This document shows positions 1-10,583 of a stretch of DNA of 45,995 bases, one piece after another; the first letter of the stretch is position 1; the number at the start of each line of letters is the position of its first letter. The translations under genes and the position numbers were made by a program. The notes beneath the pieces are model-generated. The model did no database searches. It was not told the DNA's origin and worked only from the letters and a program-made list of their open reading frames with translations. The stretch covers positions 1 through 45,995 of the forward strand of contig JAGWLA010000005.1 in NCBI GenBank assembly GCA_028865095.1. The letters are read 5' to 3'. The stretch comes from Patescibacteria group bacterium (GTDB taxonomy: Bacteria; Patescibacteriota; Minisyncoccia; Phycocordibacterales; PALSA-1337).

Positions 1-350
1 AGAGAGGCGTACCCGTTCTGGGGCAAGGACGTGAGGTCGACCCATGCGGAGACCGTGATGGCGCTCGGGTTGAGGGCGGCGTTGTCGGGGACGTTGACGT
101 ATTGGTTGGACGAGCTCGCCACCTGGAGGGCGTACGGACCGATCTTCCCAGTCACATATGTCGCCCCATTGTTGATGGTGCCGTTGTCCCCGGTCGAGCT
201 CGTATCGGTGGCCGTGGTTCCAGATCCTTCGTCGAGCTTCCAATATCCGACGAGGCCCGTCGTGATGTCGGCGTGCGCTTGAGGGGCATATGCCTGTACG
301 CCGACGATGAAGGCGAGGATGGCGAAGATTGTGGCAAGAGGCCTGTGCAT
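1..350 (-). CDS. Secreted LamG-like (concanavalin A-like jellyroll) domain protein, 3' end outside the window
   Basis: Hand translation from CAT at 348-350 gives MHRPLATIFAILAFIVGVQAYAPQAHA (signal peptide), then DITTGLVGYWKLDEGSGTTATDTS...GKIGPYAL...YVNVPDNAALNPSAITVSAWV, a typical LamG start. Absent from the ORF track because it runs off the edge. Confidence 0.8.
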   Translation of the reverse strand, partial: MHRPLATIFAILAFIVGVQAYAPQAHADITTGLVGYWKLDEGSGTTATDTSSTGDNGTINNGATYVTGKIGPYALQVASSSNQYVNVPDNAALNPSAITVSAWVDLTSLPQNGYAS

Positions 351-565
351 GCTTGTGTGATCGGGTTTGATATCGTGGTGACCGTCCGTAGCCCGAAAAT
401 TTCTGGCGGCGCGGGCCTTCCTTGGGCTTTATTATAGCATCCCTATTAAAAAACCGAACAGAAGTTCGTCCGCAGCTGGGGATTCAAAGAGCGCTGATCG
501 GCGTCTTTTTTTGCCGCGCCAGCGTTCCCGATCGTCCGAACCATGTCGATGGCTGTTTCTTGCTG

Positions 566-652
566 CGGAGAGGAAGGGATTCGAACCCTTGATGCCCTTT
601 CGGACATACGTCCTTTCCAGGGACGCCCATTCGACCGCTCTGGCACCTCTCC
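566..652 (-). tRNA. tRNA-Ser (anticodon GGA), CCA not encoded
   Basis: Minus strand reads GGAGAGG...CCTCTCC-G acceptor stem, anticodon arm CGTCC-CTGGAAA-GGACG, long variable arm (ATGTCCGAAAGGGCAT) and T-loop GGTTCGAATCC. Confidence 0.97.
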
Positions 653-748
653 ACGACGGGCCCGCCCAACCGAGGCGCAGGCCCACAGACCGAATGCCAG
701 TGATTTGTACCACAAAACCGGGCGTTTTGCACCCGGAAAGCGCGAGCG

Positions 749-1435
749 CTACTTGGCGGGAGCCGCTTGGACCTCCGATTCGCCGGTCGGCAGCGTGATG
801 AGCGCGAACGATTGGACCATGTTCGTGAAGGCGGCGTCGGCCGTGCTCTTGATGGCTTTGTTGTTGTTCTGCGCCTGCGTCAGGTTAGACCCGGTCAAGC
901 CTTTCGCCTCGGGCGAGAGGGCGATATAGGAGAACATGAACGAGTAGCAGATGCTGCCCTGCTGGAGCGAGTACATCCGGTTGAAATAGGACCGTCCTTG
1001 AACGTCGTTGGACATGGCGATCATGTTGAAGGAGAGCGACCCGACCTTGACGACGCCGCGATCGTCGACGGTGGTGACCGGCGGGAAGGAGCACTTGGCG
1101 GGGACGACGGCGACGTCGGCCTCGAGCTTGGCGACCGTCGATACCTGGGTCTGGTCGATGGGCATGATGAACTGGACGCCCGTGGTGGTCTCGTCCTTCT
1201 CCCACGAGCTCGGATACTGGACCGAGAAGCCCAGCTCGGCATTCTGGTATTGCGAAGACGAGCCGGACACTTTGGTCGTCTCGGAGACGGCTACGGACTG
1301 GGTGGTGCTGCCGGTCGCCTCGCCGAGGGCGGCGGGCGCGGGCGCCTTCGAAGCGCCGTTGCCGAACCAGATGATGGCGCCGATGACCAGGACAGCGGCG
1401 ATGACGATAGCGACGATCTTTGCGTTCTTATTCAT
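749..1435 (-). CDS. Membrane-anchored extracytoplasmic protein (PsbP-like), hypothetical
   Basis: N-terminal TM helix, Ser/Thr/Ala linker, YQNAELGFSVQYPSSW motif and two Cys. Confidence 0.65.
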   Translation of the reverse strand: MNKNAKIVAIVIAAVLVIGAIIWFGNGASKAPAPAALGEATGSTTQSVAVSETTKVSGSSSQYQNAELGFSVQYPSSWEKDETTTGVQFIMPIDQTQVSTVAKLEADVAVVPAKCSFPPVTTVDDRGVVKVGSLSFNMIAMSNDVQGRSYFNRMYSLQQGSICYSFMFSYIALSPEAKGLTGSNLTQAQNNNKAIKSTADAAFTNMVQSFALITLPTGESEVQAAPAK

Positions 1436-1513
1436 TGCGGATGAAGATATTACGTTGTAACGGGTGCATTATAGCACTCGCCGCGCATCGCGCCAGGCCT
1501 TGAGGCGGCGGCT

Positions 1514-2260
1514 CTACGGCGAGAGCGCCTTGAAGCTCTGCACCATGGCCCCAAGGATATTATAGATCGACGCCATATCCGAGGCATGCTGGGCGTCATA
1601 GCGCTGGATGAGGGATGCGTCGTCGACGTAGAAGCCCGCCCCGTTCGTCCCGTGATCGAAGAAGTCTATCCGATAGCAGACGCCGGCGCCGAGCGTGTCG
1701 TACGCCACCTCGGTATAGAGGTTGCCGGCGCCGACATCGGTGCCGACGGTCCGCGTGAACGGGAGGCTGCCCACCGAGAGCTGCTCCGCGGCCGGCTGCG
1801 CGCCCGTCACGGCGGGGCATGTCGAGGTCGCGAAGACGGTCACTCGCGCGTCGTCAAGGAGCGGCCAATGGAAGTAAGGGTTCTTCGGGAATGCGAGCGT
1901 CAGGATCCCCTTTGACGAGCTCATGGTGAGGCCGGGCGGATATTCGATCGAGAACTTGTGGGACGGGTCCACATATATGAGCCACGAAGAGGTGTCCGCC
2001 GTCGAAGATGCCGGAAGGGGGATGGCCGCAGAGAAAGCCTGCGTCGCGGGCGAGACCGAGGAGGACGGGGAGGCGGACGGCGAGCTCCCGACGGCCGAGG
2101 GCGGCTGATAGAAATCGGGGGATGTCGACGAAGACGCCGGCGAAGGCGAGGGCGGAAGGGGCTGGCCGGCGCCATGCCCCGTCGCCATCGCGCCGATGCC
2201 GGCCGCGACCGCGATGACGATGATGATCAGCCCGAGCACGACAAGAGGTCTCGACGTCAT
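1514..2260 (-). CDS. Membrane-anchored extracytoplasmic protein (PsbP-like), paralog of 749..1435
   Basis: N-terminal TM, Pro/Ser linker, YVDPSHKFSIEYP motif and two Cys; TGATATAAT 6 nt before the ATG. Confidence 0.65.
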   Translation of the reverse strand: MTSRPLVVLGLIIIVIAVAAGIGAMATGHGAGQPLPPSPSPASSSTSPDFYQPPSAVGSSPSASPSSSVSPATQAFSAAIPLPASSTADTSSWLIYVDPSHKFSIEYPPGLTMSSSKGILTLAFPKNPYFHWPLLDDARVTVFATSTCPAVTGAQPAAEQLSVGSLPFTRTVGTDVGAGNLYTEVAYDTLGAGVCYRIDFFDHGTNGAGFYVDDASLIQRYDAQHASDMASIYNILGAMVQSFKALSP

Positions 2261-2311
2261 GGGCCTATTATATCAGATGCGGCCGCGCCGCGGGCGCCAG
2301 GCATCCGGACG

Positions 2312-3967
<1,656 letters not shown>

Positions 3968-4017
3968 TTAGTGTGTGGTTATCGTATAGTCGGCGATGAT
4001 AAACGGGCGGGGGCGGC

Positions 4018-4323
4018 TCATTTGAGGACCGCCAGTATCTCCGATTCGCGCACGATGTAGTAGTCTTCGTCGTCGATCCTGACCTTGTCGCCCCACTGGA
4101 AGAGGACGGAGTCGCCGGGCTTGACCGAGAGAGGGACGGCTTTCCCGTCTTCGATCCGGCCGGGGCCGACGGCGATCACCTCGCCCCGCTTGCCCCCTTT
4201 GTCTTCGCTCGCCGTGACGGGGATGATGATGCCGCCGGAGGTCTTCTTCTCGCCCGACGCCTCGTCCTCGCGGATGAGGACGCGGTCGGCGAGCGGCTTG
4301 ATCTTCTTGGAGATGTCTTTCAT
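4018..4323 (-). CDS. groS: Co-chaperonin GroES
   Basis: IKPLADRVLI, TSGGIIIP, GEVIAVGPG, IVRESEILAV; start reset to MKDISKK (CAT 4321-4323). Confidence 0.98.
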   Translation of the reverse strand: MKDISKKIKPLADRVLIREDEASGEKKTSGGIIIPVTASEDKGGKRGEVIAVGPGRIEDGKAVPLSVKPGDSVLFQWGDKVRIDDEDYYIVRESEILAVLK

Positions 4324-4394
4324 GTGGTTGGCTTGGGATGCGCGCGGATTATGCTGATAAGCGCGGGAAGCGCGGCGCGCGCAAGGTGATTGCA

Positions 4395-4422
4395 ATTATA
4401 TGCAGGAATCGGAAGCTGGCAA
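4395..4422 (-). promoter_or_regulatory. sigma70-type promoter of groES-groEL (TTGCCA-N16-TATAAT)
   Basis: Plus-strand attata at 4395-4400 and tggcaa at 4417-4422; no CIRCE element seen. Confidence 0.55.
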
Positions 4423-4504
4423 CTTGACAGCTCGCCAAAACAAGGACCCGTTGCGGCGGACCGCGGGAAGCGCGCCGCAGCGAAAGGCCCGGCCGGCGGA
4501 GCCA

Positions 4505-4533
4505 TTGACGGGACGGGCATCCGGTGCTAGCAT
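4505..4533 (+). promoter_or_regulatory. sigma70-type promoter of secG (TTGACG-N17-TAGCAT, extended TG)
   Basis: TTGACG at 4505-4510, TAGCAT at 4528-4533, ATG 8 nt downstream. Confidence 0.55.
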
Positions 4534-4541
4534 GGGAGCCA

Positions 4542-4763
4542 ATGAAGTCCCTCCTTCCTTACGTCCAGATCATCCTGTCCGTGCTCCTTGTCGCGGCCAT
4601 CGTCCTCCAAAGGACCGGCGCGCAAGTCGGGGGCGCTTTCGGCGGATCGGACAACTTCAGCTCCGCGTTCCACACCCGTCGCGGGCTCGAGAAGGGGCTC
4701 TTCATGACGACTATCGTCATCGGCATCCTGTTCGCCTTGTCGGCGCTGCTCAACCTCATATAA
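4542..4763 (+). CDS. secG: Preprotein translocase subunit SecG
   Basis: Two TM segments with LLVAAIVLQRTGAQVGGAFGGS...TRRGLEKGLFMTTI. Confidence 0.93.
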   Translation: MKSLLPYVQIILSVLLVAAIVLQRTGAQVGGAFGGSDNFSSAFHTRRGLEKGLFMTTIVIGILFALSALLNLI

Positions 4764-4822
4764 CAAGGGGCGCTTCCGGCCGATCGCGCCCTTGCGCGCC
4801 CACCCTACACTATTTACCATTC

Positions 4823-6562
4823 GTGACTGATACAACGGAAAAAGAGCTGCGCCTCGAACGGGGCTCTGCCATAATCGGATACATCCGGAGATTCTCGGCG
4901 ACCGAGAAGGCCGTCTTCGCCGTGTTCGTGATCCTCGCCGCCGCCACCGCCCTTCTCATGGCAGAAGCGGTCAACGACCATTTCATGAAAGAGGTGCCGG
5001 CCGCGGGCGGCGCTTTGCACGAAGGGCTCGTCGGCCTCCCTCACACCATCAACCCGGTCCTCGCCGTGACCGACGCGGACCGCGACCTGTCGGCGCTCGT
5101 CTACGCCGGCCTCACCAGATACGAGGACGGGAAGATCGAGCCGGGCCTCGCTTCGAGCTGGAAAGCCTCTTCCGACGGCCTGACCTACACGTTCGACCTG
5201 GCGCCGGGGCTGTCCTTCCAAGACGGGACGCCGCTCACGGCGGCGGACGTCGTCTTCACCGTCGGCAAGATCCAGGATCCCGCCTTGAAGAGCCCTCTGG
5301 CCGCCGACTGGGCCAACGTGACGGCTACCGCCACTTCGCCGACGGAAGTCGAATTCATCCTCAAGCAGCCGTACGGGTCGTTCCCCGCCAACGCGACCGT
5401 CGGCATACTCCCAAAGCACATCTGGGACAAAGTGAGCGACGACCAGTTCGTCTACAGCCAATACAATATCGACCCGATCGGAGCCGGTCCCTATAAGGTC
5501 ACGAGCTTGAGCCGCGATCAGGGAGGCATACCTACCGGATGCCGCCTCGACGCCTGGAACGGCTATGCCGGCGCGAAGCCCTATATCAAGAGCATATTCT
5601 TCGCGTTCTTCCCCGATCAGGACCACGCCCTCGCGGCGCTCGACAACGGGTCGATCGACAGCCTCCCGTCCGTGCCGGCAGACGCGGCGGCGAAGCTCGC
5701 GTCCAACGCCGGCGAGCCGTATCGGATCATCGCCGCCCCGCTTTCGCGCGTCTTCGGCGTCTTCTTCAACCAGAGCAACAACCCGGTCCTGGCCGACGAT
5801 TCCGTGCGCCAAGCCCTTTCCATGGCGGTGGACCGCCAGGCCATCGTCAGCTCTTCCCTTTACGGCTACGGCGTGCCCCTCGACGGGCCGTTGCCGCCGG
5901 GGATCTCCGCCGTCGGCCCTGTCAGCCAGCCCGACATCGCCGGGGCGCAAGCCCTTCTCGAGAAGGACGGCTGGCGCCCGGGCCCCGACGGCGTCATGGC
6001 GAAAGCCTCGAAGAGCGGCGGGAAGGCCGTCTCCCAGACCCTTTCGTTCACTTTGTATACCGCCGACGCTCCCGACCTGAAGCAGACGGCGCAGTCGTTG
6101 AGCGACGGCTGGGCGAAGATCGGCGCCTCGGTGAGCATCAAGGTCTTCGACCCGAGCGACCTGTACCAGACCGTCATCCGGACGCGCTCATACGACGCTC
6201 TGCTGTTCGGAGAGGCCGTGGGCCGCGATTCCGACGTCTACGCCTTCTGGCACTCGTCGGAGCGCAACTCCCCCGGCCTGAATATCGCCATGTACGCCAA
6301 CAGCAAGGCAGACAAGCTGCTCCAGAGCATACAGAGCGAATCGGACCCCGCGGCGAGAAGCGCAGACTACGCCGCTCTGGACAAGACCATAAAAGCGGAT
6401 TATCCTGCCATATTCCTGTACGCGCCTGATTTCATATACGCCCTCCCGAAGAGCGTCAAAGATGCGCGGATCGGCACGATGACCGCCCCGGCGGATCGAT
6501 GGGCATCGGAAGCCTCATGGTATATGGATACCGAGAGAGTATGGACGATATTCGACAGATAG
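4823..6562 (+). CDS. ABC transporter substrate-binding protein, family 5 (OppA/DppA-like), N-terminal membrane anchor
   Basis: LVYAGLT...PGLASSW..S.DGLTYTF.L...SFQDGTPLTAADVVFT, PIGAGPYKV and VRQALSMAVDR motifs. Start uncertain (GTG 4823 chosen). No permease gene adjacent. Confidence 0.88.
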   Translation: MTDTTEKELRLERGSAIIGYIRRFSATEKAVFAVFVILAAATALLMAEAVNDHFMKEVPAAGGALHEGLVGLPHTINPVLAVTDADRDLSALVYAGLTRYEDGKIEPGLASSWKASSDGLTYTFDLAPGLSFQDGTPLTAADVVFTVGKIQDPALKSPLAADWANVTATATSPTEVEFILKQPYGSFPANATVGILPKHIWDKVSDDQFVYSQYNIDPIGAGPYKVTSLSRDQGGIPTGCRLDAWNGYAGAKPYIKSIFFAFFPDQDHALAALDNGSIDSLPSVPADAAAKLASNAGEPYRIIAAPLSRVFGVFFNQSNNPVLADDSVRQALSMAVDRQAIVSSSLYGYGVPLDGPLPPGISAVGPVSQPDIAGAQALLEKDGWRPGPDGVMAKASKSGGKAVSQTLSFTLYTADAPDLKQTAQSLSDGWAKIGASVSIKVFDPSDLYQTVIRTRSYDALLFGEAVGRDSDVYAFWHSSERNSPGLNIAMYANSKADKLLQSIQSESDPAARSADYAALDKTIKADYPAIFLYAPDFIYALPKSVKDARIGTMTAPADRWASEASWYMDTERVWTIFDR

Positions 6563-6621
6563 CCGGCGCCGAGAAGCGCGAGAGCCCACTATATAAGCAC
6601 CCTAACCGAACACACAAAGAC

Positions 6622-8646
6622 ATGAACGAGCAGAGAACGAACGATGACGGCCGCCTCGAGCGGCAGAACCGGACGAGGACGATCCGCCCGCCGAGCGGAG
6701 CTCCTGCAGCCGCGGCTACGGGCGCAGGCGGCCGGAACGACCAGGGCGCTAACGGCCACCGCATCGTCATGGGCCGGGGCGCGCGCAAGCTCTTCGCCCC
6801 CAAGCACAGGCCGTCCGGCGGCATGCATCATCATAGGGACGGCGGCCGCAAGGCCGACATGCCGCACGCCCCGGGAGCCCGCATGTCCATCGTCCGCAAA
6901 GCCGTCGGCGGCAACCGCCGCGGCGCCCCCCGGCCGCCGGCTCCCGACCGGAGCGGCAGCGTCATCCCCCCGCTCCACGACGGAGCCATCCGCATCATCC
7001 CCATGGGCGGCGTCGAAGAGGTCGGCCGCAACATGACGGCCATCGAATATAAGGGCGACATCATCGTCATCGACATCGGCTTCCAATTCAAGGAGGAAGG
7101 CACGCCCGGCATCGACTATATCCTGCCGAACACCAAGTATCTCGAGGAGCGCCGCGACCGGGTCAAAGCCGTCTTCATCACCCACGGCCACCTGGACCAT
7201 ATCGGCGGCATCCCGTACATCATGCCCCGCATCGGCAATCCTCCCATCTATTCCCGCCAGTTCGGCGCCATCATGATCCAGAAGCGCCAGACGGAGTTCC
7301 CGCATCTGCCGCCCCTCGACATGAGGGTCATCGACAAGGAATCGACCATCACCATCAACCCGCACATGAAAGTGGAGACGTTCGCCATCTCCCATACCAT
7401 CCCCGACTCCATGGGCCTGGTCATCCATACCGACATCGGCGACATCGTCTTCATCGAGGACGTGCGCGTGGACAACGTCAAGGGCGTCCCGACCCAGGAA
7501 GAGGAGCGCCAGTACGCGCGCTTCCAGGGCAAGAAGGTCCTCATGCTCACCATGGACTCGACCTCCATCGAGAAGCACGGCTTCTCGCTCTCCGAGACGA
7601 CGGTGACCGAGAACATCGAGCGCATCATCAAAGGCTCGTCGGGCCGCATCATCATCGGCACGTTCGCCTCGCAGGTGGAGCGCATCATCAACATCGTCAA
7701 GATCGCCGAGCGCTACAACAAGAAGATCGCCATCGAAGGCCGGAGCATGAAGACCAACATGGAGATCATCAAGCAGCTCAAGCTCGCCGAGATCACCAAC
7801 GTCATCCCGATCGAGGAGATCGAGAAATATCCGCCGGACCGCATCATATTGCTCGTGACCGGCGCCCAAGGCGAGGAATTCGCCGCTCTCGGCCGCATCG
7901 CCAACAAGACCCATAAGTTCATCAAGCTCCGGCCGACCGACACGATCATCCTGTCCTCGTCCATCATCCCGACCAACTTCCTGGCCGTGACGAAGCTCAA
8001 GGACAACCTCTACCGCTCCGAGGCCAAGGTCATCACCTATCTCGACTCGGACATCCACGCTTCGGGCCACGGCAACCGCGACGAGCTCAAGTGGATCCAC
8101 GACCACATCGACTACCGCTTCTTCATGCCCCTCCACGGCAACCACTTCATGCTGCGCCAGCACGCCGAGCTCGCCATGTCCCGCGGCATCGCCAAAGAGA
8201 ACGTCGTCGTCCCCGACAACGGCTCGGTCATCGAGATCGACCCGACCGGCGATAAGATCTCCGTGCGCAAAGAGAAAGCCGCCTCGAGCCTAGTCATGGT
8301 GGACGGCTTCTCGGTCGGCGACGTCCAGGAAGTGGTCATCCGCGACAGGCAGATGCTCGCCCAGGACGGCATATTCATCGTCTTCGGCATCATGAGCGCC
8401 CAGAACGGCAAGCTGCGCAAGTCCCCCGACATCATCAGCCGCGGCTTCGTCTATCTGCGCGAGAACCAGGAGCTCCTGCACAAAGTGCGCATCCTGGTCA
8501 AAGACACCGCCGAGCGCGCCGCCCGAGGCCAGAACCCGATCAACATCGATTTCGTCAAGGACGCCATCACCGACGCCGTCTCCAAGTTCCTCCTCCAGGA
8601 GACCGCCAAGAGGCCGATGGTGATACCGGTGATACTGACGATATAA
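6622..8646 (+). CDS. rnj: Ribonuclease J with a long basic/disordered N-terminal extension
   Basis: IIPMGGVEEVGRNM, THGHLDHIGG, SHTIPD, GTFASQVER, TGAQGE, IHASGHG, PDIISRGFVY and KRPMVIPV motifs. Confidence 0.96.
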   Translation: MNEQRTNDDGRLERQNRTRTIRPPSGAPAAAATGAGGRNDQGANGHRIVMGRGARKLFAPKHRPSGGMHHHRDGGRKADMPHAPGARMSIVRKAVGGNRRGAPRPPAPDRSGSVIPPLHDGAIRIIPMGGVEEVGRNMTAIEYKGDIIVIDIGFQFKEEGTPGIDYILPNTKYLEERRDRVKAVFITHGHLDHIGGIPYIMPRIGNPPIYSRQFGAIMIQKRQTEFPHLPPLDMRVIDKESTITINPHMKVETFAISHTIPDSMGLVIHTDIGDIVFIEDVRVDNVKGVPTQEEERQYARFQGKKVLMLTMDSTSIEKHGFSLSETTVTENIERIIKGSSGRIIIGTFASQVERIINIVKIAERYNKKIAIEGRSMKTNMEIIKQLKLAEITNVIPIEEIEKYPPDRIILLVTGAQGEEFAALGRIANKTHKFIKLRPTDTIILSSSIIPTNFLAVTKLKDNLYRSEAKVITYLDSDIHASGHGNRDELKWIHDHIDYRFFMPLHGNHFMLRQHAELAMSRGIAKENVVVPDNGSVIEIDPTGDKISVRKEKAASSLVMVDGFSVGDVQEVVIRDRQMLAQDGIFIVFGIMSAQNGKLRKSPDIISRGFVYLRENQELLHKVRILVKDTAERAARGQNPINIDFVKDAITDAVSKFLLQETAKRPMVIPVILTI

Positions 8647-8647
8647 G

Positions 8648-8684
8648 AGGAGAGAGGAGTTAGAAGAAAGGAGAAAAAAGGGGA
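8648..8684. repeat. Purine-rich heptad repeat tract (AGGAGNN-like), left flank of the four-helix-bundle gene
   Basis: aggagag aggagtt agaagaa aggagaa aaaaggg. Confidence 0.75.
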
Positions 8685-8691
8685 GCCGGGC

Positions 8692-9069
8692 TTAATCCAT
8701 CAACCTCCTTTTTGTTGATCTAATCAGTCCATGCAGTAGAGACTCGGAATCGTGCATGCCGATAACCAACATCGCCCGATCTTCCTTTGAGAGATAGCCG
8801 AGGTCGGCCGCGATACAGGCATGGCTTTGCAATTCTGTCAGGGAGCCATGGGCCTGGTTATAGAAATTTATCTTTTCTTTTATCGAGACACGCCCAAAGC
8901 CTTCGGCTATATTCGCGACGACCGATACAGACGCTCTTCTCATCTGCGATGTAAGGCCGAATCTCTCTTCCTGAGGGAACAGCTTTGTCTTTTCATATAC
9001 GATCAAAGCCACCTCGCGGCCTTTTTGCCAGGCATCCAAATCAAAAAAGGTCTTCACTGCTGAAGCCAT
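8692..9069 (-). CDS. Four helix bundle protein (23S rRNA IVS-protein/TIGR02436 family, Avd-like fold)
   Basis: FFDLDAWQK...FPQEERFGLTSQMRRASVSVVANIAEGFGR...GSLTEL...DLGYL; visibly lower GC than its neighbours. Confidence 0.93.
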   Translation of the reverse strand: MASAVKTFFDLDAWQKGREVALIVYEKTKLFPQEERFGLTSQMRRASVSVVANIAEGFGRVSIKEKINFYNQAHGSLTELQSHACIAADLGYLSKEDRAMLVIGMHDSESLLHGLIRSTKRRLMD

Positions 9070-9103
9070 GGAGAGTATTATAGCTCTCTATTGTGCTGCC
9101 GTC

Positions 9104-9149
9104 TTCTCCCTTCTCCTTGCTCCTAACTTCTTTCTTGCCCCTAGCTCCT
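9104..9149. repeat. Pyrimidine-rich heptad repeat tract, right flank, inverted relative to 8648-8684
   Basis: ttctccc ttctcct tgctcct aacttct ... tgcccct agctcct; reverse complement of 9111-9131 matches 8655-8675 at 18/21. Confidence 0.75.
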
Positions 9150-9171
9150 CGTCTCTTTCTCCGAGCGCCTT

Positions 9172-10545
9172 CTACAGCCCTTGCAGCGGGTCGATCTGGT
9201 CCTGCTGGATGCTGTCGGCCAGGGCAAGGACGTTGTTGCCGTACGGCAAGCCGACGTTGGCCCGTCCGGTCACGGCGTTGTAGCAGGTGGTGCCGGAATA
9301 GTACTTGCACGCGGCGGTGCGCTGCGCCGTGTAGCTGGTCGAATCGGCTCCCAGGTCTGCCAGATAGAGCCCCGATGCCATGAAGGCGTCGAGCGGGTTC
9401 CACGGATTGGGGGCGCTCGACTTCCCGAGAGCGGACTTGATCCTGTCGATGAGGAGGGCCCACGTCGAAGCGATGAACTGGGCCGGGCCCATGGCGCCGC
9501 CATAGCCGACGGATTGCGGGCACGACACCGGCATCGACTTATAGTCGAGGCCGAGCGACGACGTGATGTCGATGAATGGCTGGACGTCGCGCGTCGGCTT
9601 CATGACGTCGGCGACCACGGCGCCCGTCCGGGAATTGACGCCCGACCCGTCCGACGTGTTGGTCAGGAAGCACGTCCCGACGTTCTTCCCGAGATTCGAC
9701 TCCTGGGTCATGATGGCGAGAAGGAACGCCTGCGGCACCCCCGTCTTCTTGTAGACGGTCGTCGCATAGTCATACGCGTCGCCGAACGGGATCGCCTGGG
9801 CGCCGTTCAGCGAGAAGAGCTCCGACCTGATCTGGGCGGCTTTAGCCTGCTTCTGGGAGACGACTTGCGAATAGGCCTGCTCGTTCCCCTGGCTGATGGC
9901 GAGGAGCTGCTTCTCCTGGGTCTGATCGGCCTGGACGTTGGCCTGTTGGACCTGGATGGCGTGCCGGGCGTCCATCTCCGCGTTCTGCCGGGCGGTCAAG
10001 GCGTCCTTCGCTGCGCTCGTCGAAGCCTCGTCCGACTGGAGCTGGGCGAACGTGTCCTGAAGGCCCTGCTGGACCGATTGGAAGGTGTCGAGGTCCTGGA
10101 AGAACCCCGACACTGAGCGCTCGGACAGGACGACTTGGACGACCGAATTGGCGTCGAGCTGGTCCATCTTCCGCAAAAGCTCGGCGAGCGTCTGCTTGCC
10201 CGCCGCTATGCTGGCTTCGAGGTCGTTGATATGGCTCTGCTTGTCGGAGATGTCGTTGCCGAGCGATTGGATGAGCAGATTCTTGGCCTTGATGTCGAGC
10301 TGGGCCGCCTTTATCTTCGCGGCCAGGACGGAGATATCCCGCGCCAACGAGGCGCTCTTGCTCTGGGCGGCTTCGAGCTGAGACTGTGCTTGGGCCTGTT
10401 CGGCCTCCACCTGCTGCAATTCCTGCTCGAGCTGGGCTCTTTGGGCGGCGGTCAGGGCTTGGGCCCGACCCGGGAGAGGCCAGAAAAGGAGCGGCACCGC
10501 CAGAGCGGCGCAAAGCGCGTACGAAAAACGGTGCCTGAGGAGCAT
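9172..10545 (-). CDS. Coiled-coil (PcsB/CwlO-like) lytic murein transglycosylase
   Basis: Signal peptide, long Gln/Ala coiled coil, then AIMTQES (catalytic Glu), GGAMGPAQFIASTW and NPWNPLDAFMASGLYL. Start set at the ATG 7 nt after TATAAT. Confidence 0.85.
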   Translation of the reverse strand: MLLRHRFSYALCAALAVPLLFWPLPGRAQALTAAQRAQLEQELQQVEAEQAQAQSQLEAAQSKSASLARDISVLAAKIKAAQLDIKAKNLLIQSLGNDISDKQSHINDLEASIAAGKQTLAELLRKMDQLDANSVVQVVLSERSVSGFFQDLDTFQSVQQGLQDTFAQLQSDEASTSAAKDALTARQNAEMDARHAIQVQQANVQADQTQEKQLLAISQGNEQAYSQVVSQKQAKAAQIRSELFSLNGAQAIPFGDAYDYATTVYKKTGVPQAFLLAIMTQESNLGKNVGTCFLTNTSDGSGVNSRTGAVVADVMKPTRDVQPFIDITSSLGLDYKSMPVSCPQSVGYGGAMGPAQFIASTWALLIDRIKSALGKSSAPNPWNPLDAFMASGLYLADLGADSTSYTAQRTAACKYYSGTTCYNAVTGRANVGLPYGNNVLALADSIQQDQIDPLQGL

Positions 10546-10583
10546 AGGCACCATTATACGCTATCGAAAGCCTCTCTTGAAGC

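Noticed and set aside
566-600. tRNA-Ser 3' end as an integration site
   Set aside because: No integrase and no duplicated tRNA 3' segment seen in the window.
1471-1500. TAGCACTC resembling a CIRCE half-site downstream of groEL
   Set aside because: No second arm at 9-nt spacing; it is the reverse complement of a TGCTATAAT promoter for 749..1435.
4400-4822. ORF-track N-terminal extensions (SBP, fba, tgt, ligase, Ate-like and others)
   Set aside because: They overlap real neighbouring genes; starts were reset using motifs and -10 spacing.
8692-9069. Avd-like fold suggesting a diversity-generating retroelement
   Set aside because: No reverse transcriptase or template/variable repeat pair seen.
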